A stretch of DNA of 59,407 nucleotides, counting the filler. It is 6 parts of 6 records of this genome, joined end to end, with 100 filler letters (N's around TTAATTAATTAA, not from the genome) between each part and the next. Parts side by side here need not be neighbours in the genome. Positions count along the whole stretch, not along the records: positions 9,406 to 28,685 come from SRR31147125_43988; positions 28,786 to 38,339 come from SRR31147125_44109; 4 more parts are not named here. One strand, 5' to 3'. The position numbers and the translations under genes are program-made. Numbering within the stretch: position 1 is the first letter of the stretch; each line of letters begins with the position of its first letter. Under the pieces are notes generated by a model. It was not told where the DNA came from. It saw nothing but the letters and a program-made list of their open reading frames with translations, and ran no database searches. Of this stretch, positions 18,775 through 29,698 are shown in pieces.

Positions 18775-20979
18775 ATGAAGGTATTTTATGCGATCATCTT
18801 TATGGTATTTGCTGTATGGAATTCGGTTTGTTTGTTTGGCAATACAATCGAACAACCAGCACCGCTAAGGATGTCATTATATGTGCATATAGAAGATGTG
18901 GTAGAAAATGACTCATTCCTGGAGGATTTCCATCAACTCGTCCAGAGTGTATTTGAGGCGGAAGCCAATGTCGAAACTATTGAAATAATGGACATTGATT
19001 CGGTAAAAAGGCAGGCCCAATCAGATCTGTCTCACTTGTTTGGAGCAGAATATAACCCTGTGACTCTCTTTTTATTAAGTGAATCCCTGTCGCTTGATAT
19101 TTTGCTAAAAGTCACGCCAACAAAAAGTGATTCAATAACAAACATTTCACTATGTGCCTATAATTTTAAAACTGGATCTGTTCTGGATAAATTTTCTTTT
19201 TCTTTTACATCTGAAAATAGTATAACAGAAAAACAAAAATTACTGGAAAATGCCTTCAAATCTCAGTTTGAAACCATCAAGTCACAATATACTCAGTTTG
19301 GATTCCCTTTCCGCCAGGGTGATTATGGGATAACTATTATGACGGAAAGCCCTGACAGGCAACACTTGACAGAATTGCTGGAAAAAATATACGCCGTGTA
19401 CCCAAACTCTGAACTCGTAAAAAATGAAAATTTACGTTTGCAGATCATAGTCTCTGAAAACGAAATGAATGATATCGATTCCATGTTTGCTTTGGCAAGT
19501 GATGCAAATAAAAAGCTGAATGCCAGGTTTTCCTTCTATTTATCTTCGTTAGAGCAGGATTTTACAACTGCGGAATGTCATTTAATTTTTCCTTTTTCAC
19601 GTTATGAAGAACCCGTTGTTAACATTGTTCCACCTGTTCGGCCCCAGATACATGAATTTTGTCATCTGGCTTTAGACGTGACATCAGTTGGTTTTGATGT
19701 TTTAGATCCAATATTGACTCGCATTTTTAACCCTTTACTGTCTGTTGAAAATAACGGGAAGACCAATTCCAGCTCAATGGAGGAATTAACTTTACCGATT
19801 TCTTTTGAACAAATATGTTATTTACAGTCCAGTTTGGCATCTGAACAAGATCCTGAAATTCAATCAGGCTTAATCGGGCTTCTTGATTCTTTGTATACAT
19901 CCTCAGAAAATATCGCTACAGAGGATACGCATATCCGTGCCTGGCTTGATTACAACAAGGGGCATTTTTTACAATTGACAAAGAGCTATGAAAAAGCATT
20001 ATTCCAAACAACAAAAGCAGATTCCCAATTCATGTCAGACAATTATTCAACAGGTTCGTTGTTATGTCGTCTGCAAACAGCCCGTATTTTCAATCTAATG
20101 CAGGAATACACCCGGGCAAGAGATACCTTTCAAAGTGCATATGCAATATTATCGTCCTTGCCGGATAGTGTATCAATGGCTCATGTTGCTCATAAAATGG
20201 GCCTGATAGCTGAATTACAGGGCGATGTGGAAAGTGCCTATGCATTGTACGAAAAGAGTGCCCAAATTTATGAAAATATTGGTGCCCCTTACGAGTCCGC
20301 ACAAGTATATGGACATCTAAGTCAGCTCTCCCGAAACAGTCAACATTATACAAAACTAAAGGAATATTCTTCCGCCTTTCTTTCCAGGGTAAAGAAATTC
20401 CAAAGTGAGCCTGCTTTGGCACGTGCTTATTTTCAATCCGGTCTCAGTTCTCTGGCTATGAATAATCCGGATGATGCACTCGATTATTTTCGAAATGCGG
20501 CTGATTATATGGAAATTTTAGGTGATTCTGTTGGCCTGGCACGGGTGGATAATAATATTGGGTTGATCTACCAAAGCAATAGTGATTATGAAAATGCCTT
20601 TTTGAGTTACAATTCGGCTTTGCAATTGTCGGTCGCTACAGGCGATAATCAAAATACGCTTAGCAGTCGTTTGAATTTGGGCGATCTTGCGGCAACACAG
20701 CAAAATTATTCGTTAGCCGAAGATCATTATGAAGAAGCATTAAAAGTGGCACATCATCTGGATGATAATCATCAGGTTGCCATCATTACCTATGCAAAAG
20801 GATTGATGCATTTGCGTGCAGGCCGTTTGAAAACCGGATACAAGGAAGTTAAAGCAGCCATGGCTTTAAATGGTGGGCCGATTCGGGGTCAGGCTGAGCA
20901 GGAAGAAGCTTTTTTGAGAAAACTGGAAAATCTAATAGGGGACATACAGGACATTCACGAGCAAAGCCAGTTGGAATAA
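18775..20979 (+). CDS. exported tetratricopeptide-repeat protein
   Basis: Signal-peptide-like MKVFYAIIFMVFAVW at ATG 18775. The C-terminal half has TPR repeats (NNIGLIY..DYENA..Y..AL; LNLGDL..A..HYEEAL). Confidence 0.75.
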   Translation: MKVFYAIIFMVFAVWNSVCLFGNTIEQPAPLRMSLYVHIEDVVENDSFLEDFHQLVQSVFEAEANVETIEIMDIDSVKRQAQSDLSHLFGAEYNPVTLFLLSESLSLDILLKVTPTKSDSITNISLCAYNFKTGSVLDKFSFSFTSENSITEKQKLLENAFKSQFETIKSQYTQFGFPFRQGDYGITIMTESPDRQHLTELLEKIYAVYPNSELVKNENLRLQIIVSENEMNDIDSMFALASDANKKLNARFSFYLSSLEQDFTTAECHLIFPFSRYEEPVVNIVPPVRPQIHEFCHLALDVTSVGFDVLDPILTRIFNPLLSVENNGKTNSSSMEELTLPISFEQICYLQSSLASEQDPEIQSGLIGLLDSLYTSSENIATEDTHIRAWLDYNKGHFLQLTKSYEKALFQTTKADSQFMSDNYSTGSLLCRLQTARIFNLMQEYTRARDTFQSAYAILSSLPDSVSMAHVAHKMGLIAELQGDVESAYALYEKSAQIYENIGAPYESAQVYGHLSQLSRNSQHYTKLKEYSSAFLSRVKKFQSEPALARAYFQSGLSSLAMNNPDDALDYFRNAADYMEILGDSVGLARVDNNIGLIYQSNSDYENAFLSYNSALQLSVATGDNQNTLSSRLNLGDLAATQQNYSLAEDHYEEALKVAHHLDDNHQVAIITYAKGLMHLRAGRLKTGYKEVKAAMALNGGPIRGQAEQEEAFLRKLENLIGDIQDIHEQSQLE

Positions 20980-21138
20980 AGGTTATTGACAGGGAGCTGA
21001 TTTTTTTATTTATAAAACAGGTTTTGCTTGTCTCACGTATTCATCGGTCAATGTAGCCTCTTTTACATTGATTGCATATATTAAATTTCTTACCTTTGTC
21101 TAATCCAATAGATTTGATCAATTTAAAATAGTTTATTT

Positions 21139-21867
21139 ATGGCGAATTTACGTGACAGAATTTGGTCCCGGATGGATAAGGCCATCTGGGGTCATAAAAT
21201 GTTTGAAAAGAACGATCGGGTTCTGATGGCTATTTCCGGTGGTGCAGATTCCATGGCGTTGTTAAAATTATTAAGTGCCAGGCTCTGGATATATGCCAAA
21301 CCAATATCAATGAGAGCCATATATGTTGATATGGGTTTTGGAGAAAATGCGGAAAAACGTCGGGACATTATGGAGAATTATTTCAGTGAATGTAATGTTG
21401 AAGGCGAGGTTATTCAGACAACTATTGGCCCATACTCTCACAGTGATGCCAACACTGAAAATCCCTGTTTCCTCTGTTCCCGTATTAAGCGTAAAAAGAT
21501 ATTTGCAGCAGCTGAAAAGTTTGAATGTAACAAGATTGTGTTTGGCCATCACAAAGACGATATTGTGGAAACGTTATTGCTAAATATGATTTATGGACGC
21601 CAGATTAGTGCCATGCCACCCTGTTTATCCGTGATAAATGGGAAATATCATATTCAAAGACCTTTGTACTACGTTGAGGAGGTATTGTTAAAACGTTATT
21701 GTGAACAACAGCACATTCCTGTTGTGGATCAGGAATGCCCAACAGATGGAAATTCACAAAGACAGTATGTAAAGGAGTTGGTACTGCAACTGGATTCGGA
21801 AATAAAAGGAGCCCGGGATAATATATTTGCCAGTATGAAAAGAGTCAAGCTGGATTACCTGCCCTGA
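21139..21867 (+). CDS. ttcA: tRNA 2-thiocytidine biosynthesis protein, TtcA family
   Basis: PP-loop ISGGADS, PCFLCSR, GHHKDD..ET.LLNM, RPL and a C-terminal CP. Confidence 0.85.
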   Translation: MANLRDRIWSRMDKAIWGHKMFEKNDRVLMAISGGADSMALLKLLSARLWIYAKPISMRAIYVDMGFGENAEKRRDIMENYFSECNVEGEVIQTTIGPYSHSDANTENPCFLCSRIKRKKIFAAAEKFECNKIVFGHHKDDIVETLLLNMIYGRQISAMPPCLSVINGKYHIQRPLYYVEEVLLKRYCEQQHIPVVDQECPTDGNSQRQYVKELVLQLDSEIKGARDNIFASMKRVKLDYLP

Positions 21868-22047
21868 TTGTTCACATCCTGAATTACATCCTTCCTTATT
21901 GAATAATACTCGTTTTAACGTGAATCGAAAATTAATTCAATTTTAACGGATTGTTTTCTTTGCCAGACTTGCAATATTTTATTATTTTTTATACTTTTAG
22001 TAAAATGGTTTTACTGTTTGGATCTGATTATCTAGTGAGAAAATAGA

Positions 22048-22904
22048 TTGGACATTCCGCTCTCTTATTATATTGATTGGCGAGGACTGGAAAATTTCAA
22101 GTCATACAGTTTCGATGCACAGGGTTTGCCACGAGTCCAATACGGTGATCCGGTTGGCTTACGTTATAACGTGATTACCATTGCGCAATATGGGCTTTAT
22201 TGTTTTCAGTTATATGATTCAACAAAAAATGATCTTTATCGGACCAGAGCCCTGGTCTGCGCTGAATGGCTTGTGAAAAATATATCAGTGTACAGGGAAG
22301 AATTAAAAGCCTGGGTTTATGATTTTGATCTGGACTTTTACGGATTAAAAGCACCCTGGATCTCGGCCATGGCACAGGGTGAGGGAATATCTCTGCTTTT
22401 ACGAGCTTTTTTAGTAGATAATAATCATATTTATTTAAAGACAACGCAGGATGCGATTAAAACTTTTCAGCGGCATGTTTTTCAGGGTGGCGTTGTTGAC
22501 TCTTTAAATGATGGAAGTCTTTTTTTGAAGAGTATCCAACACAGCCTGCTTCTCATGTATTGAACGGTTTTGTCTTTGCATTACTTGGTGTATATGATTA
22601 TGCCCGTTATTACGAGGAACCCTGGGCGCATCAACTTGTTGAACAGGGCGTGAAATCATTAGAGAATAACTGGCGTGCCTGGGATGTCGGTTTTTGGACA
22701 TTGTACGATCTGCATCCGACCCATCGGCTGGCGTCGCACATGTATCATACTCTGCATATTCGCCAGATGGGCGTATTGGCAGATCTGTTTCAAAATGACA
22801 ATTTGAGAGCAATTCACGTTCGGTGGGCTAAAATGAAGCGTAATATCTATAGTCAAGGGCGCTGGTTATGTGGAAAATGTTTCGAAAAGATCAGACTGAG
22901 ATGA
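22048..22904 (+). CDS. D-glucuronyl C5-epimerase family protein, frameshifted at the T7 run 22520-22526
   Basis: TIAQYGL and WISAMAQGE. Adding one T gives FFEEYPTQPASHVLNGF, followed by GVYD, YDL and YHTLHIRQM, all motifs of the C5-epim_C (GLCE) domain. Confidence 0.88.
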
Positions 22905-22911
22905 GGATGAG

Positions 22912-24201
22912 ATGAAAAAAGTACTCATTTTATCTTATTATTTTCCACCACTTGGTATGGGGGGAACCCAGAGGGCCGCAAAATTTGTAAAATATCTGCC
23001 GCAATTTGGCTGGGAACCTACAGTTGTGACTACTTTACCCATAGCCTATTGGGCAGAGGATACTTCTCTTCTGGCTGAACTGTCGAATGTCAGGATCCTG
23101 CGGACAGAATCTTTTGACCCACAGCGGTTGCTGGCAAAATTCGGAAAAGGCGGTCAGGGTGACTATACTGGTTTGAATCAGGGTACGACGATTAAACGTA
23201 AAATCGTACAAAAAATAAATCAATATATAATCCCGTTTTTCCTTATGCCGGATAGCAAAATTTTGTGGCGATATCATGTCGTACGCACTGTAGATGATCT
23301 TTGTAAAAAGGAACACTTTGATGCTCTTGTTACCACATCACCGCCACATTCGACGCATTTGATTGGCAAAAAACTGGCACGCAAGCATGGTTTGAAATGG
23401 GTTGCGGATTTTCGCGATGGATGGGCTGGTGGTGTTGTTGTTCATGAACCGACATTTTTTCACAAGTGGATTCATAAAAGTTTGCAGCAATCAGTACTAC
23501 GAAATAGCCAGGCTGTTGTGAGTGTTAGCCCTGGTATTCATCGGAATTTGAAAAAAAAATGCGAGCCGGAATCCGACAAATGCTATATCATTACGAATGG
23601 TTATGATGAGAGTGATTATCCTGTTCCTGAAAAAACTCAAGATTCATCCCGGTTTGTTATATGTCATTGTGGAGCGATAACCAAATTCAGTCATCCTGAA
23701 ACTTTCTTAAGATCATTAAGGTTGTTACTGGATAGTAGTCCGGATTTTGAAAACAAAATGAGCGTTCAGTTTGTTGGTTACGATGCCCTTGGACATTTTA
23801 TGGAATTCGTGAAAACATCAGGTCTTGAGCATGTCGTTCACTATCTGGGTTATAAAAGCCATGCCGATGCATTAAAGTGTGTGGTAAATGCGGATGCCTT
23901 GCTGCTTATTGCCAGAGGTCAGCCTGATGATACGTTTATACCCAGTAAAACATTTGAATATTTAGGTGCCCAAAAACCTGTTTTAACACTTTCAAACGTG
24001 AAAGATACGTGCGATTTTATGGAGAAAATGTCCATGCCTGTCGTGTCTGACATGGATAATGTCGTAAAAATCAGTAAAAAATTACAGATGCTTGTGGAAG
24101 GACATTTGAACAACAATGCTGATGCATCGCGTCTTGTTCGCCAATTCAGCAGAAAAAATTTGACCCACCGGCTTGCAAACATCTTGAATAAATTGGTCTA
24201 G
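22912..24201 (+). CDS. glycosyltransferase (GT-B, family 4-like)
   Basis: YYFPPLGMGGTQR, TTSPPHS, WVADFRDGW, ITNGYD and PSKTFEYL. Confidence 0.9.
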   Translation: MKKVLILSYYFPPLGMGGTQRAAKFVKYLPQFGWEPTVVTTLPIAYWAEDTSLLAELSNVRILRTESFDPQRLLAKFGKGGQGDYTGLNQGTTIKRKIVQKINQYIIPFFLMPDSKILWRYHVVRTVDDLCKKEHFDALVTTSPPHSTHLIGKKLARKHGLKWVADFRDGWAGGVVVHEPTFFHKWIHKSLQQSVLRNSQAVVSVSPGIHRNLKKKCEPESDKCYIITNGYDESDYPVPEKTQDSSRFVICHCGAITKFSHPETFLRSLRLLLDSSPDFENKMSVQFVGYDALGHFMEFVKTSGLEHVVHYLGYKSHADALKCVVNADALLLIARGQPDDTFIPSKTFEYLGAQKPVLTLSNVKDTCDFMEKMSMPVVSDMDNVVKISKKLQMLVEGHLNNNADASRLVRQFSRKNLTHRLANILNKLV

Positions 24202-24217
24202 TCTAGAGTAACTTTTA

Positions 24218-26634
24218 ATGCAAAAGGATACAAATCAGGTGAAGTGGCTTAATCGAAAAATTCTATTACAGTTCGTTTTATCAATTTTAATTTATTCCCT
24301 GGCACATTCGCAAGAGTATGCATGGCCAACAGATGCCAGTCATGCCATGACCTCATCTTTTGCCGAATACAGGCCGAATCGTTTTCATGCTGGAATTGAT
24401 ATAAAAACATGGGGACAGGTTGGATATAAGATTTTCGCTATCCGTCCCGGTTATATCTCCCGAATTCGTGTGTCTCCCTATGGTTATGGAAGAGCTCTCT
24501 ATTTAAAATGTGACACAGGTGAAACGGTTGTTTATGGCCATATGGACAGATTTAATCCGGAAATAGAAGAATATGTTCGTGCCGGGCAGGAGAAACGGGG
24601 ACGATTTGCCATCCAGCTTTACCCTGCAGCCACTCAATTCCGCTACGAACAGGGTGATTTAATTGGATACACAGGTCAAACAGGGGTGGGGTATCCGCAT
24701 CTTCATTTTGAGTTGAGAGATAGATCCAATCGCCCGATTAATCCTTTTTTACGTGGCTATACTGTCAATGATAATACCGCACCGAAAATAACAAAGATTG
24801 CCATAACACCTTTGGATGCCGCTTCCATGGTTAATGGTGATTGGAGACCGCTCATCCAACGGCCGATTTTTAAAAGTAAAAATGAGTATGAAATTAAAGA
24901 AACAATCGTTGTAAATGGAAGAATTGGCTTTTCTGTTTCAGCCTATGATCAGATGGATGGAATTACAAACCGATACGGAACATATATAAACAGATTGCTA
25001 ATTGATGATCATGTTATCTTTGAAGCCAAATATAATCGATTTTCATATGATGTAAACGGGCGCGCCAATTTAGATCGAAATTTTCGTTTATATATTCAGC
25101 AACATGGGCTTTTTTATCAATTGTTCAGAGATATCGGTAATAACTTGGACCATTATTTAATAGAAAATGAATATTATGGTGTTGTGGATTTTTCAAAAGA
25201 TCCGATCAGTGATTCATTGACTAAATCAGTTGAGAAACAAAATCAGTCTGATATTGCGATGCGTCCCGGTATCAAAACTCTTGAAGGTGGCTATCATGCT
25301 TTTCGAATAGAAACGGCTGATTTTTGGGGTAATAAAAGTGTGGTAACAGGTAAAGTGTTTGCCGGCGATAAAAATCAAATTGGTCTGGTGATATCAAACG
25401 ATCATATGAAAAGGACACTGTCAGGTCGCATTAATGAGAATCATACAACGCCATTATTAGATTATTCGCTTTTTTATCAAGGGACACTGGTAAAACATGG
25501 TCACCAGTGGTAAATATTGATAAAACAATAGAGCCGGGAAGCGACAGTGTAACGAATGCAGGTGCAAAGAGTCCTTCTATGACCTTTACGATTCCTATGA
25601 TGCCCTTATATGAGAATGGGTATCTGAAAGCAATAGCTGTTGACACATTTGGTCATTCGACATTTCCGGCTTTTGCCACTCTTGCGCCCCAGATCCGGGG
25701 AAAAAAGAGTGAGTTAAATTTCAAAATGAAAGCTGAATTTTATGATTTTTATGTTCGTCTCGAGTTTACTTCAGAAAGAGATTTGGCTGGATTTCCAACA
25801 GTGAAAGGATGGAGTCGGGCGGGATATACAAGTCGCCTCGATCTTATCCAGACATCACCGCGCACATTTGTTGGCACCTGGCCGTTATCAGAAAGCGAGT
25901 TAGGCCCTCTTTATTTTGATGTAACAGGTGTGGATTGGCATGGCCATATTTATGATCAGAAAGAATGGCTCTATTTCAAAACTGTTACCAAAGGACAATC
26001 TGCGCAGATCAAAACGGCAGATAATCAATGTCTGGTTTCGTTTTCACCCAATTCGCTTTATAAGGAAATCTATGTACGTACGGATATTCGAATCCCAAAA
26101 CAAACATCGTCCTATGATATTGTTGGTAATATATATCAAATTGACCCACGAGATGTACCTTTAAAAGGCGGAGCGACTATTTCGCTAAAATATCCGGAAT
26201 CGGATTCGTTGCCACATAAACTGGGATTATATTACCAGTATAAGAGAAATTGGCATTTTTTCAGCAATGAAATGAATAAATCAAATGGCACCATTTCCGG
26301 GAAACTGAGTAGTTTGGGTTCTTATTGTCTTATTCGGGATCTGGTGCCACCTGTAATCACCTCCTTACGACCAGGTAACGGAGTGCATTTAACGAACAGA
26401 TCGCCAAAAATACAAGCTCATTTCGTTGATAAATTATCCGGAATTCGTGGAGAAGAAAATATGGTACTGAAACTGGATAACCGAAAGCTTATCGCTGAAT
26501 ATGATCCGGAACAGGATATATTATTTTATCACGTTCGTCAACCATTAAGCAAGGGAAAACATACCCTTTCATTTCTGGCAAAGGATCGAATGGGAAATAT
26601 CGCTGAACGCAACCATGTTTTTTGGATAGATTAA
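24218..26634 (+). CDS. exported M23-family peptidase with C-terminal Ig-like domains, frameshifted at the T6 run 25470-25475
   Basis: HAGID (HxxxD), YGH and PHLHFE (HxH). Adding one T joins the two ORFs through LSRDTGKTWSPVVN. Confidence 0.85.
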
Positions 26635-26653
26635 ACATTAGAATGGGAATAAT

Positions 26654-27307
26654 GTGATACCAATAAAAGATGACAATCCAACAGCTTCTTTTCCTTTTTT
26701 TACGATTTTTATTATTGCTATTAATGTGATCGTTCATTTTTATCAAATGTTTTTACCTCCGGATCTGGCAAAAGAGTTCATTCTTCGCTATGCTGCTATT
26801 CCGAATGTTGTTGTTCATGGAGAGCAGCTTTACTCACCTGTGACGTCCATGTTTTTACACGCGGATATCTTTCATTTGGGTGGCAATATGTTGTATTTAT
26901 GGATATTTGGGGATAATGTTGAGCATATTTGTGGCCATTTTCGTTTTATATTGTTTTACATTTGTTGCGGACTGGTCGCTTTTTTCAGTCATTTTATAAT
27001 TGATCCCTCTTCAGCTGTTCCTATGGTCGGTGCCAGTGGAGCGATTTCAGGTATCCTTGGGGCCTATTTGCTGCGTTTTCCCAGAGCCCGTGTTCATGTT
27101 TTATTTTGGTTTTTTATTTTTATCAAGGTGATTCAAGTACCAGCACTTTTTGTCCTGGGAATCTGGTTTTTAATTAATATTTTAAACAGTCTACAGGCCT
27201 CCTCTGTTTCCGGAGGTGTCGCCTGGCTCGCGCATATCGGTGGATTTGTAGCGGGATTTGCTTTGATAAAGTTGTTTGAACGAAAAAGATATCGAATATC
27301 ATATTAG
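26654..27307 (+). CDS. rhomboid intramembrane serine protease
   Basis: MFLH..HLGGNM, catalytic GASG and AHIGG. Confidence 0.94.
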   Translation: MIPIKDDNPTASFPFFTIFIIAINVIVHFYQMFLPPDLAKEFILRYAAIPNVVVHGEQLYSPVTSMFLHADIFHLGGNMLYLWIFGDNVEHICGHFRFILFYICCGLVAFFSHFIIDPSSAVPMVGASGAISGILGAYLLRFPRARVHVLFWFFIFIKVIQVPALFVLGIWFLINILNSLQASSVSGGVAWLAHIGGFVAGFALIKLFERKRYRISY

Positions 27308-27397
27308 TAATCTGGTTTATTTTACTGGATACATTTTAACAGTTTGAATGTTAGTAAAGTTTAATGATATGAAAGACTATTCAGAATAGGAGGTAAT

Positions 27398-28537
27398 ATG
27401 ATAAAATCAATTCAATTGATATTAATCGCAGTTTTATTATTTTCACTACTCAGCTGTAATGCAGAAAGGAAAAACAAGATGAGTATTACAAAGGAATCCT
27501 TTGGTACCACCTCTGAAGGAACTCCAGTGGATTTGTTTACATTAAAAAATGCACATGGAATGGAAGTAAAGATTACAAATTATGGCTGTATTATTGTTTC
27601 ATTATTGGCACCGGACAGTGAAGGTGAAAATGCGGATATTGTGCTGGGATTTGATAATTTGGATGGATACCTGAAGAAACATCCCTATTTTGGCGCTGTT
27701 GTGGGGCGATATGGCAATCGAATTGCTAAAGGGAAATTCACTTTGGACGGTGTAGAGTATACCCTGGCGCAAAATAATGGCGAGAATAGTCTTCATGGTG
27801 GTCTAAAGGGTTTTGACAAGGCTGTGTGGAGCGCAAAAGAAATTCAGTCCGAAGAATCTTTTGGTCTCGAGTTGAGCTATGTCAGCAAGGATGGGGAAGA
27901 AGGTTATCCCGGTAATTTATCTGCAATCATCGTTTATACACTCAATGATAAAAGCGAATTAAAGATCGATTATTATGCCACAACAGACAAAACAACAGTG
28001 CTGAACCTGACAAATCATACCTATTTTAATCTTGCCGGTGCCGGCTCCGGTGATATTCTGGATCATGAGTTGATGTTGAATGCAGATCGGTTTACGCCGG
28101 TTGATGATGGTTTAATCCCAACTGGTGAACTAAGGGACGTGAAAGGGACACCATTGGACTTTACCGAACCATTTAAAATAGGCGCCCGAATCAATGAAAA
28201 TTACGAGCAACTTGTCCTTGGCGGTGGCTATGATCATAATTTTGTTTTAAACAAGGGTGATGAATCCCTGAGCCTGGTTGCCAGGGCATATGAAGAAACA
28301 AGCGGTCGGGTTCTGGAAGTTTATACAACTCAACCCGGTGTACAATTTTACACAGGCAATTTTCTCGACGGCACTCTGACCGGCAAAGGTGGAAAAGTAT
28401 ATGAAAAACGATTTGGTTTTTGCCTGGAAACACAACATTTCCCGGACTCACCTAATCAGCCTGATTTTCCCTCCGCTGTTTTAAAACCGGGAGAAAAATA
28501 TTCGGAAACAACTGTATTTAAATTGAGCACAAAATAG
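27398..28537 (+). CDS. galM: aldose 1-epimerase (galactose mutarotase) with a lipoprotein signal peptide
   Basis: GRYGNRI, LHGG, EEGYPG, NHTYFNL, GYDHNF and CLETQ. AGGAGGT RBS and lipobox LLSC. Confidence 0.93.
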   Translation: MIKSIQLILIAVLLFSLLSCNAERKNKMSITKESFGTTSEGTPVDLFTLKNAHGMEVKITNYGCIIVSLLAPDSEGENADIVLGFDNLDGYLKKHPYFGAVVGRYGNRIAKGKFTLDGVEYTLAQNNGENSLHGGLKGFDKAVWSAKEIQSEESFGLELSYVSKDGEEGYPGNLSAIIVYTLNDKSELKIDYYATTDKTTVLNLTNHTYFNLAGAGSGDILDHELMLNADRFTPVDDGLIPTGELRDVKGTPLDFTEPFKIGARINENYEQLVLGGGYDHNFVLNKGDESLSLVARAYEETSGRVLEVYTTQPGVQFYTGNFLDGTLTGKGGKVYEKRFGFCLETQHFPDSPNQPDFPSAVLKPGEKYSETTVFKLSTK

Positions 28538-28685
28538 TGTTTTTTAGAGTTTTTTTTGCGTGAAGGGAATGGAGCCAGTAGGCAGTCGGCAGTAAGAGCT
28601 AGGGGCAGGTGTGTAACGCATGTTCGTGGTTGATTTTAAGCCGGTTGGTTGTCAATGGGCGCTTCGACTCCGCTCAGCGTGACTC

Positions 28686-28785
28686 NNNNNNNNNNNNNNN
28701 NNNNNNNNNNNNNNNNNNNNNNNNNNNNNTTAATTAATTAANNNNNNNNNNNNNNNNNNNNNNNNNNNNNNNNNNNNNNNNNNNN
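28686..28785. other. artificial contig linker
   Basis: N44-TTAATTAATTAA-N44. Confidence 0.99.
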
Positions 28786-28787
28786 AA

Positions 28788-29555
28788 AAAGGAATTCCTG
28801 AATTGTGTGAGGATGCCTATTATACGGGCGAAAACTTTATTGCAGTAATTGATGGAGCGACCAGTAAAGCTGATAAGCTGATAGACGCCAAGACGCCGGG
28901 TAAAATGGCAGCTGATGTTATTTGCGAAGAAATGGAAAAAATGCCTGCGTCGATTAAAGCATTTGACGCAATTACTATGCTGAATAATGCGTTTTATATA
29001 AGGAATAACCATTTTGAATTAGACAGTTTAACGAAATTGCGTGCAAGTGTCATTGTTTTCAGTTATTATCGGCATGAGATTTGGTCCTTTGGCGACTGCC
29101 AATGTATGATAAATAATAAGCTATACAACACTAGGAAACGTATAGATGTAGAGCTGGCGCAAAAGAGATCTGCTGCAATCCAGAGGTTGCTTGCTTCGGG
29201 ATATACTTATAACCAGCTACTTGAAGATGACCTGGGACGCGCAGAGATCATGCCTTTTCTGCGTGAGCAATATAAGCTTGAAAACACATTGGGGGAGTAT
29301 GGATATCCGCAACTTAATGGCGGAGAGATTCATGAAAATCAGCTGAAAGTATTGGATGTGCCTTCTGGAACAGAAGTTATTCTCGCTACTGATGGCTATC
29401 CGCAATTGAAATCAACACTTAAGGATTCAGAAGAAACGCTTGCCGGATTATTGCGAGAAGATCCATTGTGTTATTATTTAAATCCGTCCACAAAAGGACT
29501 GAAAATGGGCAATGTGTCGTTTGACGATCGATGTTATGTGAAATTTGTTTCATAA
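28788..29555 (+). CDS. PP2C/PPM-like phosphatase domain protein, 5' truncated
   Basis: Frame open from the contig edge (KGIPELCED). Acidic motifs CED, IDGATSK, GDC, ATDGY and DDR appear in PPM order. Confidence 0.7.
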   Translation, partial: KGIPELCEDAYYTGENFIAVIDGATSKADKLIDAKTPGKMAADVICEEMEKMPASIKAFDAITMLNNAFYIRNNHFELDSLTKLRASVIVFSYYRHEIWSFGDCQCMINNKLYNTRKRIDVELAQKRSAAIQRLLASGYTYNQLLEDDLGRAEIMPFLREQYKLENTLGEYGYPQLNGGEIHENQLKVLDVPSGTEVILATDGYPQLKSTLKDSEETLAGLLREDPLCYYLNPSTKGLKMGNVSFDDRCYVKFVS

Positions 29556-29653
29556 CGATCATATCAGACATGCCCGAAGGTTGGGCGCAACGCACAGAAG
29601 GATGGATGGAGTTAACTCAGGTCCGAAGGTTCCGCTGACCGTTGTGGACAATA

Positions 29654-29698
29654 TAAAAACCGCGGGTAAAACGCATGGCGTTTGTATCCGTGGTTTTT
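29654..29698. terminator. putative terminator hairpin
   Basis: AAAAACCGCGG..AAACGC-ATG-GCGTTT..CCGTGGTTTTT. Confidence 0.55.
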
